A DNA stretch of 62,479 bases, the filler included, from Stramenopiles sp. TOSAG23-3 (lineage: Eukaryota), in NCBI GenBank assembly GCA_900128585.1. It is 8 parts of 8 records of this genome, joined end to end, with 100 filler letters (N's around TTAATTAATTAA, not from the genome) between each part and the next. Parts side by side here need not be neighbours in the genome. Positions count along the whole stretch, not along the records: positions 1 to 9,793 come from LT642880.1; positions 9,894 to 19,683 come from LT642881.1; 6 more parts are not named here. One strand, given 5' to 3'. Shown here one piece after another: positions 1-10,367 of the stretch (within the stretch, counting starts at the first letter, position 1; the number at the start of each line of letters is the position of its first letter). The position numbers and the translations under genes are program-made. The notes below the pieces were generated by a model. That model worked only from the letters and a program-made list of their open reading frames with translations. It made no database searches and was not told the origin of the DNA.

Positions 1-3000
1 GAAAGAAGCCGAAACGATGCAGTTGTCCAACTATCCCCAGGCAGCCCTGGTGAAGAAATTAGAAAAAATGAAAGCAATGACAAAGGAGGAAATGCCAAAA
101 ACAATGCTCAGAAGATGGGGGGGGAGGGGGTACACAATAATATAGAAACGAAAAGCATGGACTGTTCTGGGAAGGATGAAAAAGAAGAGGTGGGGGAAGA
201 TGGTCGTAGAATGGATCGCGGAGGAGGAAGAGAAGGAGAAAGAGAGGGAACGGAGAAGTGCAAATCACCGAGTGAAGAGGGTTCGTCGGAAAATAACGAT
301 GAAAAAGAGCCGACAAAGCTTGAAGAGGCTATGCAAATATTCAACAAAGGTGTCATGGGGAGCACAAAATATTTTCTCGTGCTGTTCCTTTTCGAAATTG
401 GATCCGTACTGCTGTCCATAAACTTCTATACACCAAAAAATGTGTGCTGCATACATGAAGAACTGGCCACTCCGTGGGAAAAGAATGTTACCTTGCAGGC
501 ATTAGAACACGTTGTGGTCGATGATAATACTACTGTAATACGGAATTATACTGTAACACAAGTGGAGGGGGGGGTGCATCGGGAATTACATTGTAAGAAA
601 TATGCAAATCCAAACGAGATGTTTTTAGATGTGTGCGACGATGGTACTGCTCGGCGGATCGTTTTCCGTGATATTTCTATCGTGCTTGGCTGCATCTTTG
701 TGCCACTGTTGCTGTTAAATTTTCGCCTCCGCTCAAAAATTAAAAGGGGGCACCCAAACTTTGAAAACATGGCAAACCTGGCTGTTTATGTTGTATTCAT
801 TGCCGTACCCCTTTGCATGCTTCCATTTCATGCATTGGGCAAAAATTCGGCCAGCATGGGCAGCGACCTGCAGCTTATCATTTGTGGAATATTCTGCTGG
901 GTGTGGCTTTATTTTCTGGGTCGGGGCAACATGAAGTTCTGGAGCAAAGGGGCACTAATCGGAATATCCGGTTACGCCTTCCTGTTTATAATCCTTCCTT
1001 TGTCTATTACAATTTGTTCTTTTAGTCTGCCTTCATACAAGGACTCGATTGTGGCAATTGCGCCGACTAGTGTTGCATTCGTGGTATTTGGAATATTGTC
1101 GATAATCGTGGCTGTCCGAACGACACGCACCTCTGGTGACGGGGGCTTGGCTGGTGAAGAATGGCTAAGGTACACCCGTATACTGACGGAAGAATGTTTT
1201 GTAGTCGTTCCTGTGTCGGTGTGTGCATCATTGCTAACAGAGGGTCTTTACGTAGCACCAGGCACCGTGGATTTCTATTACCACCCTGTCCTAGAAATTT
1301 CCGCTGTAATGTTTGCGCTAGCCGTAGCACTTCACGCAGGCATATATACCATTGAACAAGAAGGATTTCGTACTGAATTGTCTCCCCTGTTTCGCAAAGT
1401 GTATATGCTTACAACTGTCACAATCTGCACTTCTCCCATACCATTTTATGTCCCGTTTAAAATTTTCCGAGACTTGCAACTGTCTACAGATGACGCTACA
1501 TTATTTTTAATATTCACCCCTGCTGTTATGCTAGTTTTGTGGAACGTCCTTGTCGTGTCAAAAATTCTGGGTCGAATTTCACTGCTACGGGTGCCAAGCG
1601 AGGGGGAAGATGGCGTACAACGTGATACAGACACAGCACGCGATAAATCCAAAATTACCGAGCAAGCAGGTGCTGATGCAGGGACGGAGAGCGGCACGCA
1701 GATAATGTCAAAAAATAGCAAGATCGAAATCGATCGCCTTGCATTACGAAAGTATGTAAAGCGGGTCTGGGTACCGAGCACCGCAATATATGTCGGTCTT
1801 GTGGCGTCGTGTGGGCCGTTATTTTATGCAATGCACAAATACAAATATTTTTTTGAGCCTTGGGTAGACCCTCTGGAGAAAATTAAGATGCCCGCGTGGC
1901 TCTTTTTTTTCGCAGTCCTGGGTGTCGGACTTTTGGTGTGGCAATACATGTTTTTATCTCTTTGGGAAAAACAAGCAAAGCCTCGCAAAGTGTTAAACTC
2001 GGTGATCCTGGGACTTGGGATTGTCCTTCCGGTTTCAATTTCTCTGTTTATGGATTTAGAAATCGTCATTTGTCATGTCTCCACCTTAATACTGCAACAC
2101 GAAGAGGCCAACCTGAACACGACTGCCAACCCGTATTCAAGCGGGGAAGGGAGTGATCTGTCCAGTTTTACACTGAGTATGGCTGAGAGCGAAATGCACT
2201 GTAACGCATCGTTATTCATGAAAGACTACATCTTAATCACACTACCTGTGAGCTGTCTATATATTTTTTGGGATTTTTGCTTCCTGCAAAAGAATGTAAA
2301 GAAAACGTGCTCCCTCTGTGAAAAGGTTGTAGCCAGCATGTTGTATTTGTTTGTTGTCACCCCTACAGCGTCTGTAGTCGTTTACGATTGGGGCACATAC
2401 CATATCAATTTAATTGACCCGACAGGAGGGATCAATGTTGAACATTTTAACCAAGCGCTCCATGACCAATGCGGCCATGACTTGACAATGTGCCCAGATC
2501 CCACGGGGAAAGGGCTGTTCAATAAAACAGCCAGCGATTATTTTGTCATCGTCATGCTCATAGGAGTGAGTTGGCTGGCACTATTCTTCGTGACAACGCG
2601 CTCGTGCTACAGGAGAAAGACAAAAATTGTCCAAATAGTGTGTGCGTGCCTGATTGGAATCTTCGTTTTAGGTTCGTCTGCCTTCACCTGGCCCTACTAC
2701 AGCAGTGATAGCGTGGAGAGATGGGAACGACAGCATGAGCTTGGTAGTGAAGAATGGGCATGGTGCAGTACACCTTGCATACCTGAGAACAGTATCACAG
2801 AGAAAATCCCCTCTCCGTCGACCACCACAACTTTGGCCCCTGACGCCGCTGCTAAATCTAATTCGACAACGGTTCCTTCTGCTGAGAGGGCCATATATTC
2901 AGAACTTCAGGTTATGATGAGCCTTGAGTTACTCCTTTGCTACGCGGTCGCTGGTTTAAATTTGTCCATTTTTCTGTGGCTGAAAGATTCGCTGTGGAAA

Positions 3001-6000
3001 AATTGCAAGTTCTGTTGGTCTTTTTCGTTTAACTTCATATACGTCGCGTTCCTTGGGCTTCCAATTGGAACCATCCCTTATATAATCTACCACGAAGATT
3101 ACGAGCGCTTCGAGGAACTCCGGGCTTCAGTGTGTTTTGGTATTTTGATGTGCGGATGGGTAATATTAAATTTAACTAAAGCTGGCAAGAAAATGACCTC
3201 GGCACGGCGAGTCGTTTTTGCGACTATGTACGTCATTTGCTTTGCCATTCCTACTTCTTTGGGCATCTATCGCTTTCAATTAGAGGTAGATTTCTGGGGG
3301 ACCGAAGTGAATGTAGCCGCAAGTACATTCGTGGGACTGTGCGTTGTCGTTTTCGAAAGATACGATGCCAAGAAAATGAACGGAATTCCACTTATAAACC
3401 GCATTGTGCTGTTTTCTCTTTGGATTACCTTTGTTACGATGCCTTTATTGTTTGCTGCACTGACGGCATACAAGGATTATGACATGCTCTTTGCAGCAAA
3501 TATTTTAGAAATTCCGTTGTACATCACATTATCGTTTTTTCTGTGGATTGGCATTACCCTCATGTGCTACATATCGATGTATACAGGTTATCTGCGCAAG
3601 TTCAGACAACCGTATTCCGCCTTGTTTCCTGGGTGTATAATGGTTGTTGGGGAAACTGTGTTTTTTATCGTTCTTCGGCATAATTACATTTCTCGCCAGA
3701 ACATAGATGAGCTCCCTATATTTGAGTTTTCAATGATTTTTATTTTCCCCCTGTATTTGCTGCTGGTGTTTATGAATGCCGGGCTGCGAGTCAGATTGGT
3801 TGATAAATTTGTTTTGGTTTCATTGTTTTGTGTCATAGTGCCTACATACATCAGGTTGGAAGGCATAGTGCAGTTCGACACCCCAGAGACAAATTTGGCC
3901 AAAATGTACACCTATTTTTCCTACGCCGTGCCCATTGGTGCTATGTCCTGCATTTTTCTGCCCTCGTTTCAGCGAAAGGGGGTAACGTTCGTGGACGTAT
4001 CAAATATTTTTTCTGCAACGATAGCGTTACCATTGGGTGTTTTTTTGCCAATATACCGCGTTTATGCTGGTACTGAAGCAGTTTCGTGGCTAATTTATGG
4101 CGTCAATTCATCCCTACTTGTCGCTTTTGTGCTACTCATTGTCACCTGGCGAAAACGAAAGTTGGCGCTGCGAACTGTAGTCAATGTTGAAGAGATATAC
4201 AAAAGACCAGATGGATTCGAGTGGTTGAGCTGGTTCCCGGTGCATACGATGGCATGGCTAAGGCACTGGCTGCTGTTAATATCGATCGTTCTTCTTCTGT
4301 ACGTGTCCCATTATGTTTCTACAAGTTTGAAAAAGAGTTCCATTCACGTGTTGCTTCTGACGGCGCCCATCATGTACGTTGTAAGACAAAGTACAACGTT
4401 GTGGCGGTGTGTTTCGCATAAATTTTCGGCCGTCTTCGTCTGTGTCGTATCGATTGCTGGCCTCGTTGCTGCGTTTGTAGTAAAAGATAATAGATCCCTG
4501 TACTATTCAATAATGTCCGGGGTTATAATTGTTCCTGGTATGCTGATTGCGTACGGGACCGTAAACGTTTTAAAGTGGTGCATGAAAGACCACCCGAGAC
4601 AGGAGCACGTAGTGTCGATAGCTTCCACACTCTGCTGCTTGGGGATTTTAGTGCCTTTTGGGATATTTCTACCGTCCGTTTTGTCAACTGACTGGGACAG
4701 AGAGATTGAATGGGGCGCCCCATTTATTATTGCCATTAGTGTACTTATGTTTATCTGCCTGTTTGATGTATCTAGTCTCACAATTGCGGTTAACAGTACA
4801 TTCAATACAATAGAGTACGAAAAAAGAGCAAAAGCGGCAGTCAAACGCATACAAAAAGTGCTAAAAAAGAATCATTCGAATCTAATAACGGACGAGGATT
4901 CAATCAGAACAATGTATGACCAGGCAATTAGTGAGAGCCACGACAAAAGTGGGAAAGCGTGGGAAGAATTCGTAAACGACCTCAAACATGACGAAATATT
5001 TATACGGCTGCAGAGGAAAAAAGTTGTCATGTTGGCAGATGCAAACAAAATAAAGAAAGATGTAAAATCTCGAAAAATAAGACTGTGTACTAGGTGCGCA
5101 GAAAGTGAATGGAAGACTGTGTTGACCAAGCGTAAGAGAATGAAGGTGTGCACAGCGTGTAGTTTAGAATTGTTACTTGAAGAGAAAGCAAAGATACTGC
5201 GAATGAAGCAGGCTTCAGCAGAAGAGAAAAAAAGAATAAAAGAAGAAAAAGAAAGGCTATATAGGATAGAATGTGAAAAGCGCCGAAAAAGAAACGAAAT
5301 ATTTATGAATGCCCAAGACCTTGTGACAAATGGGCAATTGTCGGAGGCGCTCGATTTATACGATAACATCGTGAAAGAAGATGGGTTTAACCCTAATTAT
5401 CTTTGCGCTCGCTCCGTCGTGTTACTCAAGCTGAAGCGACCGGAAGACGCACTTGTGGATGCAGATGAGGCCCTTCTTGCACGCCCAAAGTACGTAAATG
5501 CCTATATAGCGAAAGCGAGCGCTCTTGGTAGTTTGAAGAGATGGAAAGAAGCCGTTGAAACTTACGAAACTGGTAGGTCCTACTTTCCAAAATCAAAACA
5601 ACTTTTTGATGCCCAAAAATTTGCAGTTTCTGAAATGAATCGCCTTGCACCTCCCATGACTTTTTTCCAGCTTTTAAAAAACATGTTTTTTGCCACGGCT
5701 CGCCTGTGCAACAAAATACAAGATGAGCTGGACGAAAGCCTTGCTAAGTTTGAAGAAGACCTTCATGCGGGCGCGGCAAGTATGTACAAGAAATTAAAGT
5801 CGAAGAAAACAAAGTTGTACGGAGGGCGCGCTTTCCGCGTGCAGTTTGTTGATTTAGACGGTATACCACGAGAGTCTGCATTTTCTTCTTATTTCTGTGA
5901 AGTGCGGATGAGTTCGCATTCTAACACCCGCGGCTACGAGGAAGTGCGCAAGGATTTGCCTGATGTCACAGAGTATGTTACCAATTACAATATGAACACA

Positions 6001-8889
6001 GAAGCATTAGATGACTTTAACAAAATGCAATGGAGAAAGGAACTGTTCTATTTTGAACCTGGTGTTTTGGTGGGCCACGTCGTGACTATCACGGTTATTG
6101 GAGTGTTGGACCAAGATGCGGAAGAAGAGAACAAACATGTCAAACTAAGTTCCGTCGCATTAAATTCTTATGAGGTTGCAAGATATTGTCGGCAAAATCG
6201 TTACATTCATCTGGCTACAGAAACGCTTCCAAAAGTGGAAACAGGGTCCCTGCCAACACATGAGGAACAAGAATTGGACCCCGACAGTAGCTCACCACTC
6301 CCATCGTTACCTAATTCGCGCATCGGCATTTATTTTAACCTGTTTAATATGAAGGTCGCTAAGATTAAAAGTAATATGAAAGGTAGCAAGGCGCTCATGA
6401 GAAAGGTTTTAATCGAATGGAAAAAACTGGCTGTACCATCCGCAAGGTTGACCAAACGAATCAGGCGAGAGATATTTGGCTCTTACTGCTCGCTGCCGCA
6501 GAAAACATTTACAAACGAACGAAAACAGGAGGAGATAAAGAAAAATTTAACCCATGCCGAAACAATTGCTCACCTGAAGGAACAAACCAGAATGATGAAA
6601 GAACTGGCGCTCAAGCCGATTGTCTTGGACGACGAAGACGAGGCTAACGATGAGGTCCGTTTCGTGCGAATGGCCCGTTCGGCTGTAAAGAAATCGTTTC
6701 TATTCCGTAGTCAGTTTCAAAAGTTTGCTGAGGATGCTCTACTGGAGCCTCTGCCTTCCATGAACGCATTCATGTCCGTTGCTAGTACAAAAAATACGGA
6801 GAAATACTCAGTATCTTTCGACGCGTTTAAAGTCCTTATACAGAAGCTTGCTAAAACTAAAATTAAGTACAAGCTTTATTCAAACAGAAAAGCAGAAATA
6901 ATGTTTCTCAAAGATTTGCGGCGGGTGTTGACCGTGTACTCAAAATGGAGACAGATAAATGCCAAGCGGGTCGCCACAAAGCCACCAAGGTCGATCGATC
7001 CCAAAATACTTGCGCTGCAAAAGGCAAAACTTCAAAACGCTGCTTTAAATATACAAAAAAATTGGAAAAAACGAAGATTGAGAAGGAAGGCCATTCGGTT
7101 GATCCGGCGTTTTATAAAAAGGAAAGCAGAATGGCGAAAGGCACACCCCACGGAACTACTTGAGAGTCAAATGTCAAAGATGACAAAGGAGTCAGAAGAT
7201 GACATAGAACCTGTGGAAAATGACAAAAAGAATGCAAAAAAAGGATTTTGTGCAAAATGTTTCGGGAGAGCGTTACATTTCATTCTAGGCACGGAAGAGG
7301 AGGAAGAGGAAGACAGCGATAGCGAAGACGAAGCCGAGGAACCGCGAGATTGTGAAGGGTTGACGGAAGAAGAAAGGACCAAGCTCGTCGTATTCGAGAT
7401 AAACAAGTGTAGAAAAGGGAAAAAATGGGAGGAAATAGTCGACACTATTTTGCGACAGCTGGAGGCAGAAGTTGAGCGTGACCAGGCGCGTGTTTCAGTC
7501 GATGCAAAAGAAGTGCAAGTGAATTGGAAACACACTGCAAATATTATGGCGTTCCACGTTGCACTTCCAAAAATGGTGTACCAATACTACAGTATTGCTG
7601 CTGCCCATGGCCCCCTAGAACCAACGCAAAATAAGCGCTCGAATATGCAAAGCTCTTATACTGACCTTGTCAATACAGATTTTTTGAAGGTTCTATCATC
7701 CTTCATGAACATCCCAAAATTTGATTTTTTCAGCATGGATGCAGACGTCGGTGTCAGTGCTTTTTATGTAACATTTTGGGCGGCTGTCGTCGTCGGGCTC
7801 CTTTATCCGCCATACACGATCAAGGCCTTGCGTCAGTTGAAAGCAGGGAAACTCGGGCTGGATAAACGGGGGAGACCTGTTACGAAACTATTCACAAAAG
7901 ACGGGTTGTACAATTTCGGATTGAACGCAGTGAACGATTATTTCTATTTTGGAATGATGGTCCAATTTGTTTCGGTCTTTGCGTGCCGAATCGACGACTT
8001 GTCGCCCCAACCAGGCGATCCAGACTTTAAGTATGTTAAATATGTTCTGATGGCAGACACGAAATATGTTCATATCGTCCCTGGAAATAACTCAACGAGA
8101 ACAAACCATTCAGTTGGGTATGCCTATCCTCCTATGGAATGTTTTAATCCGAACCACCCCACACACATAGTATACATGACTGTGTGTGCAATTGTGTTGC
8201 TGTTTTTTTACCCGTTGGCAACTTTGTTAGCCCCTAATTTTCAATTTAATAACAAGATGTTAGACATCAAACTTGAGCAAAGTTTTCTAATCATTCAGAA
8301 CCAGGCAGAATTGTTAATGGTGGCTTTTTCTATTTTTTACCAAGATGATTGGAAAGCGGTATTGATACCACAGTTTTTTATTTGCATCACCTTGGCAACA
8401 TCAAATTGGTTTATACAACCATGTCTGATTGGTAGGCTCAATGTATTCCGCACTGCGACATACGCAATGGCTGCAGTTTCGTGTTTGTCCTCGATTGTGT
8501 ACCAAATTGTAAAGAGTTGGTACGGGGGAGAATATTGCTACCAAAAAGAGCCGGACGATGGGGGTACATCACAGTGCGAACCGTTTTACATCAGCAGTGC
8601 GATATCCTCTGGTGTATTGCTCTTTGGGTGGGCTGCGGTTGCAATTATCACACTCATCAGTTACTCGGTTCGCAAGCGAAAGGAAGCGTCTAAAAGAACT
8701 GCGATATCTCCACAAAAAGCTGTTGCTCTAAAAGCGATTGTTGTGGAAAGTAAGGAAAGCAAAAATGACTCAGATGTAACTTTCTTGGCGAACTTGAGAG
8801 CCGAAGACTCCGATTCACAAGTTATAATTCATACGCGTAGCAACAGGCAGGATGGAACTCCTGTACCCCTGAAAAGGAGTATTAAGTAA
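1..8889 (+). CDS. Giant polytopic membrane protein (5'-partial, >=2962 aa): ~36 N-terminal TM segments, CxxC..CxxC, coiled coil, TPR, p25alpha/EF-like segment, IQ motif, ~8 C-terminal TM segments
   Basis: Frame 1 is open from base 1 (ERSRNDAVVQ...) into the track ORF at 115. Hydrophobic segments counted by eye. TPR-like 'AQDLVTNGQLSEALDLY...NYLCARSVVLLKLKRPEDALVDADEAL...YVNAYIAKASALGSLKRWKEAVETYETG'; IQ-like 'AALNIQKNWKKRRLRRK'. Confidence 0.9.
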   Translation, partial: ERSRNDAVVQLSPGSPGEEIRKNESNDKGGNAKNNAQKMGGEGVHNNIETKSMDCSGKDEKEEVGEDGRRMDRGGGREGEREGTEKCKSPSEEGSSENNDEKEPTKLEEAMQIFNKGVMGSTKYFLVLFLFEIGSVLLSINFYTPKNVCCIHEELATPWEKNVTLQALEHVVVDDNTTVIRNYTVTQVEGGVHRELHCKKYANPNEMFLDVCDDGTARRIVFRDISIVLGCIFVPLLLLNFRLRSKIKRGHPNFENMANLAVYVVFIAVPLCMLPFHALGKNSASMGSDLQLIICGIFCWVWLYFLGRGNMKFWSKGALIGISGYAFLFIILPLSITICSFSLPSYKDSIVAIAPTSVAFVVFGILSIIVAVRTTRTSGDGGLAGEEWLRYTRILTEECFVVVPVSVCASLLTEGLYVAPGTVDFYYHPVLEISAVMFALAVALHAGIYTIEQEGFRTELSPLFRKVYMLTTVTICTSPIPFYVPFKIFRDLQLSTDDATLFLIFTPAVMLVLWNVLVVSKILGRISLLRVPSEGEDGVQRDTDTARDKSKITEQAGADAGTESGTQIMSKNSKIEIDRLALRKYVKRVWVPSTAIYVGLVASCGPLFYAMHKYKYFFEPWVDPLEKIKMPAWLFFFAVLGVGLLVWQYMFLSLWEKQAKPRKVLNSVILGLGIVLPVSISLFMDLEIVICHVSTLILQHEEANLNTTANPYSSGEGSDLSSFTLSMAESEMHCNASLFMKDYILITLPVSCLYIFWDFCFLQKNVKKTCSLCEKVVASMLYLFVVTPTASVVVYDWGTYHINLIDPTGGINVEHFNQALHDQCGHDLTMCPDPTGKGLFNKTASDYFVIVMLIGVSWLALFFVTTRSCYRRKTKIVQIVCACLIGIFVLGSSAFTWPYYSSDSVERWERQHELGSEEWAWCSTPCIPENSITEKIPSPSTTTTLAPDAAAKSNSTTVPSAERAIYSELQVMMSLELLLCYAVAGLNLSIFLWLKDSLWKNCKFCWSFSFNFIYVAFLGLPIGTIPYIIYHEDYERFEELRASVCFGILMCGWVILNLTKAGKKMTSARRVVFATMYVICFAIPTSLGIYRFQLEVDFWGTEVNVAASTFVGLCVVVFERYDAKKMNGIPLINRIVLFSLWITFVTMPLLFAALTAYKDYDMLFAANILEIPLYITLSFFLWIGITLMCYISMYTGYLRKFRQPYSALFPGCIMVVGETVFFIVLRHNYISRQNIDELPIFEFSMIFIFPLYLLLVFMNAGLRVRLVDKFVLVSLFCVIVPTYIRLEGIVQFDTPETNLAKMYTYFSYAVPIGAMSCIFLPSFQRKGVTFVDVSNIFSATIALPLGVFLPIYRVYAGTEAVSWLIYGVNSSLLVAFVLLIVTWRKRKLALRTVVNVEEIYKRPDGFEWLSWFPVHTMAWLRHWLLLISIVLLLYVSHYVSTSLKKSSIHVLLLTAPIMYVVRQSTTLWRCVSHKFSAVFVCVVSIAGLVAAFVVKDNRSLYYSIMSGVIIVPGMLIAYGTVNVLKWCMKDHPRQEHVVSIASTLCCLGILVPFGIFLPSVLSTDWDREIEWGAPFIIAISVLMFICLFDVSSLTIAVNSTFNTIEYEKRAKAAVKRIQKVLKKNHSNLITDEDSIRTMYDQAISESHDKSGKAWEEFVNDLKHDEIFIRLQRKKVVMLADANKIKKDVKSRKIRLCTRCAESEWKTVLTKRKRMKVCTACSLELLLEEKAKILRMKQASAEEKKRIKEEKERLYRIECEKRRKRNEIFMNAQDLVTNGQLSEALDLYDNIVKEDGFNPNYLCARSVVLLKLKRPEDALVDADEALLARPKYVNAYIAKASALGSLKRWKEAVETYETGRSYFPKSKQLFDAQKFAVSEMNRLAPPMTFFQLLKNMFFATARLCNKIQDELDESLAKFEEDLHAGAASMYKKLKSKKTKLYGGRAFRVQFVDLDGIPRESAFSSYFCEVRMSSHSNTRGYEEVRKDLPDVTEYVTNYNMNTEALDDFNKMQWRKELFYFEPGVLVGHVVTITVIGVLDQDAEEENKHVKLSSVALNSYEVARYCRQNRYIHLATETLPKVETGSLPTHEEQELDPDSSSPLPSLPNSRIGIYFNLFNMKVAKIKSNMKGSKALMRKVLIEWKKLAVPSARLTKRIRREIFGSYCSLPQKTFTNERKQEEIKKNLTHAETIAHLKEQTRMMKELALKPIVLDDEDEANDEVRFVRMARSAVKKSFLFRSQFQKFAEDALLEPLPSMNAFMSVASTKNTEKYSVSFDAFKVLIQKLAKTKIKYKLYSNRKAEIMFLKDLRRVLTVYSKWRQINAKRVATKPPRSIDPKILALQKAKLQNAALNIQKNWKKRRLRRKAIRLIRRFIKRKAEWRKAHPTELLESQMSKMTKESEDDIEPVENDKKNAKKGFCAKCFGRALHFILGTEEEEEEDSDSEDEAEEPRDCEGLTEEERTKLVVFEINKCRKGKKWEEIVDTILRQLEAEVERDQARVSVDAKEVQVNWKHTANIMAFHVALPKMVYQYYSIAAAHGPLEPTQNKRSNMQSSYTDLVNTDFLKVLSSFMNIPKFDFFSMDADVGVSAFYVTFWAAVVVGLLYPPYTIKALRQLKAGKLGLDKRGRPVTKLFTKDGLYNFGLNAVNDYFYFGMMVQFVSVFACRIDDLSPQPGDPDFKYVKYVLMADTKYVHIVPGNNSTRTNHSVGYAYPPMECFNPNHPTHIVYMTVCAIVLLFFYPLATLLAPNFQFNNKMLDIKLEQSFLIIQNQAELLMVAFSIFYQDDWKAVLIPQFFICITLATSNWFIQPCLIGRLNVFRTATYAMAAVSCLSSIVYQIVKSWYGGEYCYQKEPDDGGTSQCEPFYISSAISSGVLLFGWAAVAIITLISYSVRKRKEASKRTAISPQKAVALKAIVVESKESKNDSDVTFLANLRAEDSDSQVIIHTRSNRQDGTPVPLKRSIK

Positions 8890-9084
8890 ACCTTAGGGAA
8901 AGAAAAATGGTTTTTATTGTGAAAACAAAATGCGAAGTGTAAGAGTGTAAGGCGCTAATTTTACAGGGAAAACATAATGTTGTACGGTATAGAATAATAT
9001 TGTATTCAAATTAAAAGATGGAGGAAAGTTTAAAATAGCAGATAAATACAGCGTGCTTCTTGTAATTGTGTTTTTCAATTTACT

Positions 9085-9214
9085 CTTGACACTTAGTCTA
9101 CACTATCATCCTCTGGTGGTGTACTGCAATCATAAAATCTGAATGGATATTTGGATTTCCGACGTTGTCAAATGACCCGTAGTCAACTTCCTCACCCGAT
9201 GTCTCACTCATTAG
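9085..9214 (-). pseudogene. Degenerate, frameshifted duplicate of the gene 3' end at 9665-9793
   Basis: Direct-repeat similarity to 9657-9780. Minus-strand translation is MSETSGEEVDYGSF vs MSETPDEEVDYGSC, with synonymous GAC TAC/GAT TAT changes, the same TAA position and indels. Confidence 0.6.
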
Positions 9215-9296
9215 ACAAATCAGACCTTGTGTGGTTTTCCAAGGAACGGCGTAAATGTTTTGAAGGTGCTCGTTTTCTGTCTTGTAAGTTTTTATA

Positions 9297-9602
9297 AAAA
9301 AACAAATTATATAGTATGATATGCTTTAATAAGACTCTCATTTGTAATTTTTTTACGAATATATTTAAAAACAAGAAAATTGGCTGTTATTTAAGTAATT
9401 AAATTTAAAATTTATGTCACAAAAGGAGTAGATTCATTTTCGCGGTATATGAGGAAGCTAAATTTTAATTCCTTTAAATAACAGCCAATTTTTTGTTTTT
9501 TATTTTTTATTTTTAATACAAGAAAATTGGCTGTTATTTAAGTAATTAAAATTAATTTACTGCGAACTGAAATCTAGATTTAGACATTCTAGGTTTACAT
9601 TC
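9297..9602. mobile_element. Palindromic MITE-like repeat cluster (module B, IR-cassette A-IR, IR, module A')
   Basis: Inverted repeats aaaaacaagaaaattggctgttattta / taaataacagccaattttttgttttt flank gagtagattcattttcgcggtatatgaggaagctaaattttaatt. Near-identical modules occur at 46365-46852. Confidence 0.65.
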
Positions 9603-9664
9603 CTTCATGAACTGCAAACTTGTCGTTGCTCTTTTGGTCTTACGAATCGATATACCCTTGTCAC

Positions 9665-9793
9665 TTAGTCTTGGCTATCATTCTCAGGTGTACTCCATGC
9701 ATGATCTGAATCGGTAGGTGGATTAACACTGCCTCCACATGACCCATAATCAACTTCCTCATCCGGTGTCTCACTCATAGATGACTCATTCCC
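9665..9793 (-). CDS. 3' end of an unknown gene truncated by the contig end
   Basis: Open frame from the contig edge: GNESSMSETPDEEVDYGSCGGSVNPPTDSDHAWSTPENDSQD*. Synonymous differences versus its duplicate support this frame. Confidence 0.5.
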   Translation of the reverse strand, partial: GNESSMSETPDEEVDYGSCGGSVNPPTDSDHAWSTPENDSQD

Positions 9794-9893
9794 NNNNNNN
9801 NNNNNNNNNNNNNNNNNNNNNNNNNNNNNNNNNNNNNTTAATTAATTAANNNNNNNNNNNNNNNNNNNNNNNNNNNNNNNNNNNNNNNNNNNN
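9794..9893. other. Artificial contig linker (N44-TTAATTAATTAA-N44)
   Basis: 100 bp with a six-frame stop cassette; identical structure at all seven gaps. Confidence 0.98.
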
Positions 9894-10367
9894 CCCGCCC
9901 CGCCCCCCCCCCTCTTCTCTTCACTAGACTGCAAGATGTACTTCTTTTTTTCATCAAATAAAAAATATTAAATATTATTATCTTTTTTTAAATACGGCAG
10001 AGCAGCAGATGCTATAGAGATACAGTAGCATATTTGGAATATTGGGAAGGAATTTATTTTTATTTCAACAGAAGAAAAGGCACACAGCATTGCATTGCAT
10101 AGTCCAACTTTCTTCCTAAAATTTCTGAAAAAGAAGCATTACAGTAGAATACTTAGTCCTATAGAACAGGAGGTTATCTCCTTAGAATACGATGCAGTAC
10201 AGAGTATGCACACATAGAAGTGCATCATTTATTAATTCACCACAGCAGCTCTTAAAGTTAGGCCTGTAGATTTTTAAAAATTTAATAAATATTGGGGAGC
10301 GTGCTACGGTCATAAACAACTTTTTTTTCCAACTTGCACGCAAGATCCATTTCGGGCCCGGAACATC

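Noticed and set aside
9838-9849. Conserved TTAATTAATTAA palindrome as a biological motif
   Set aside because: It is always centred in N-runs and is a synthetic six-frame stop linker.
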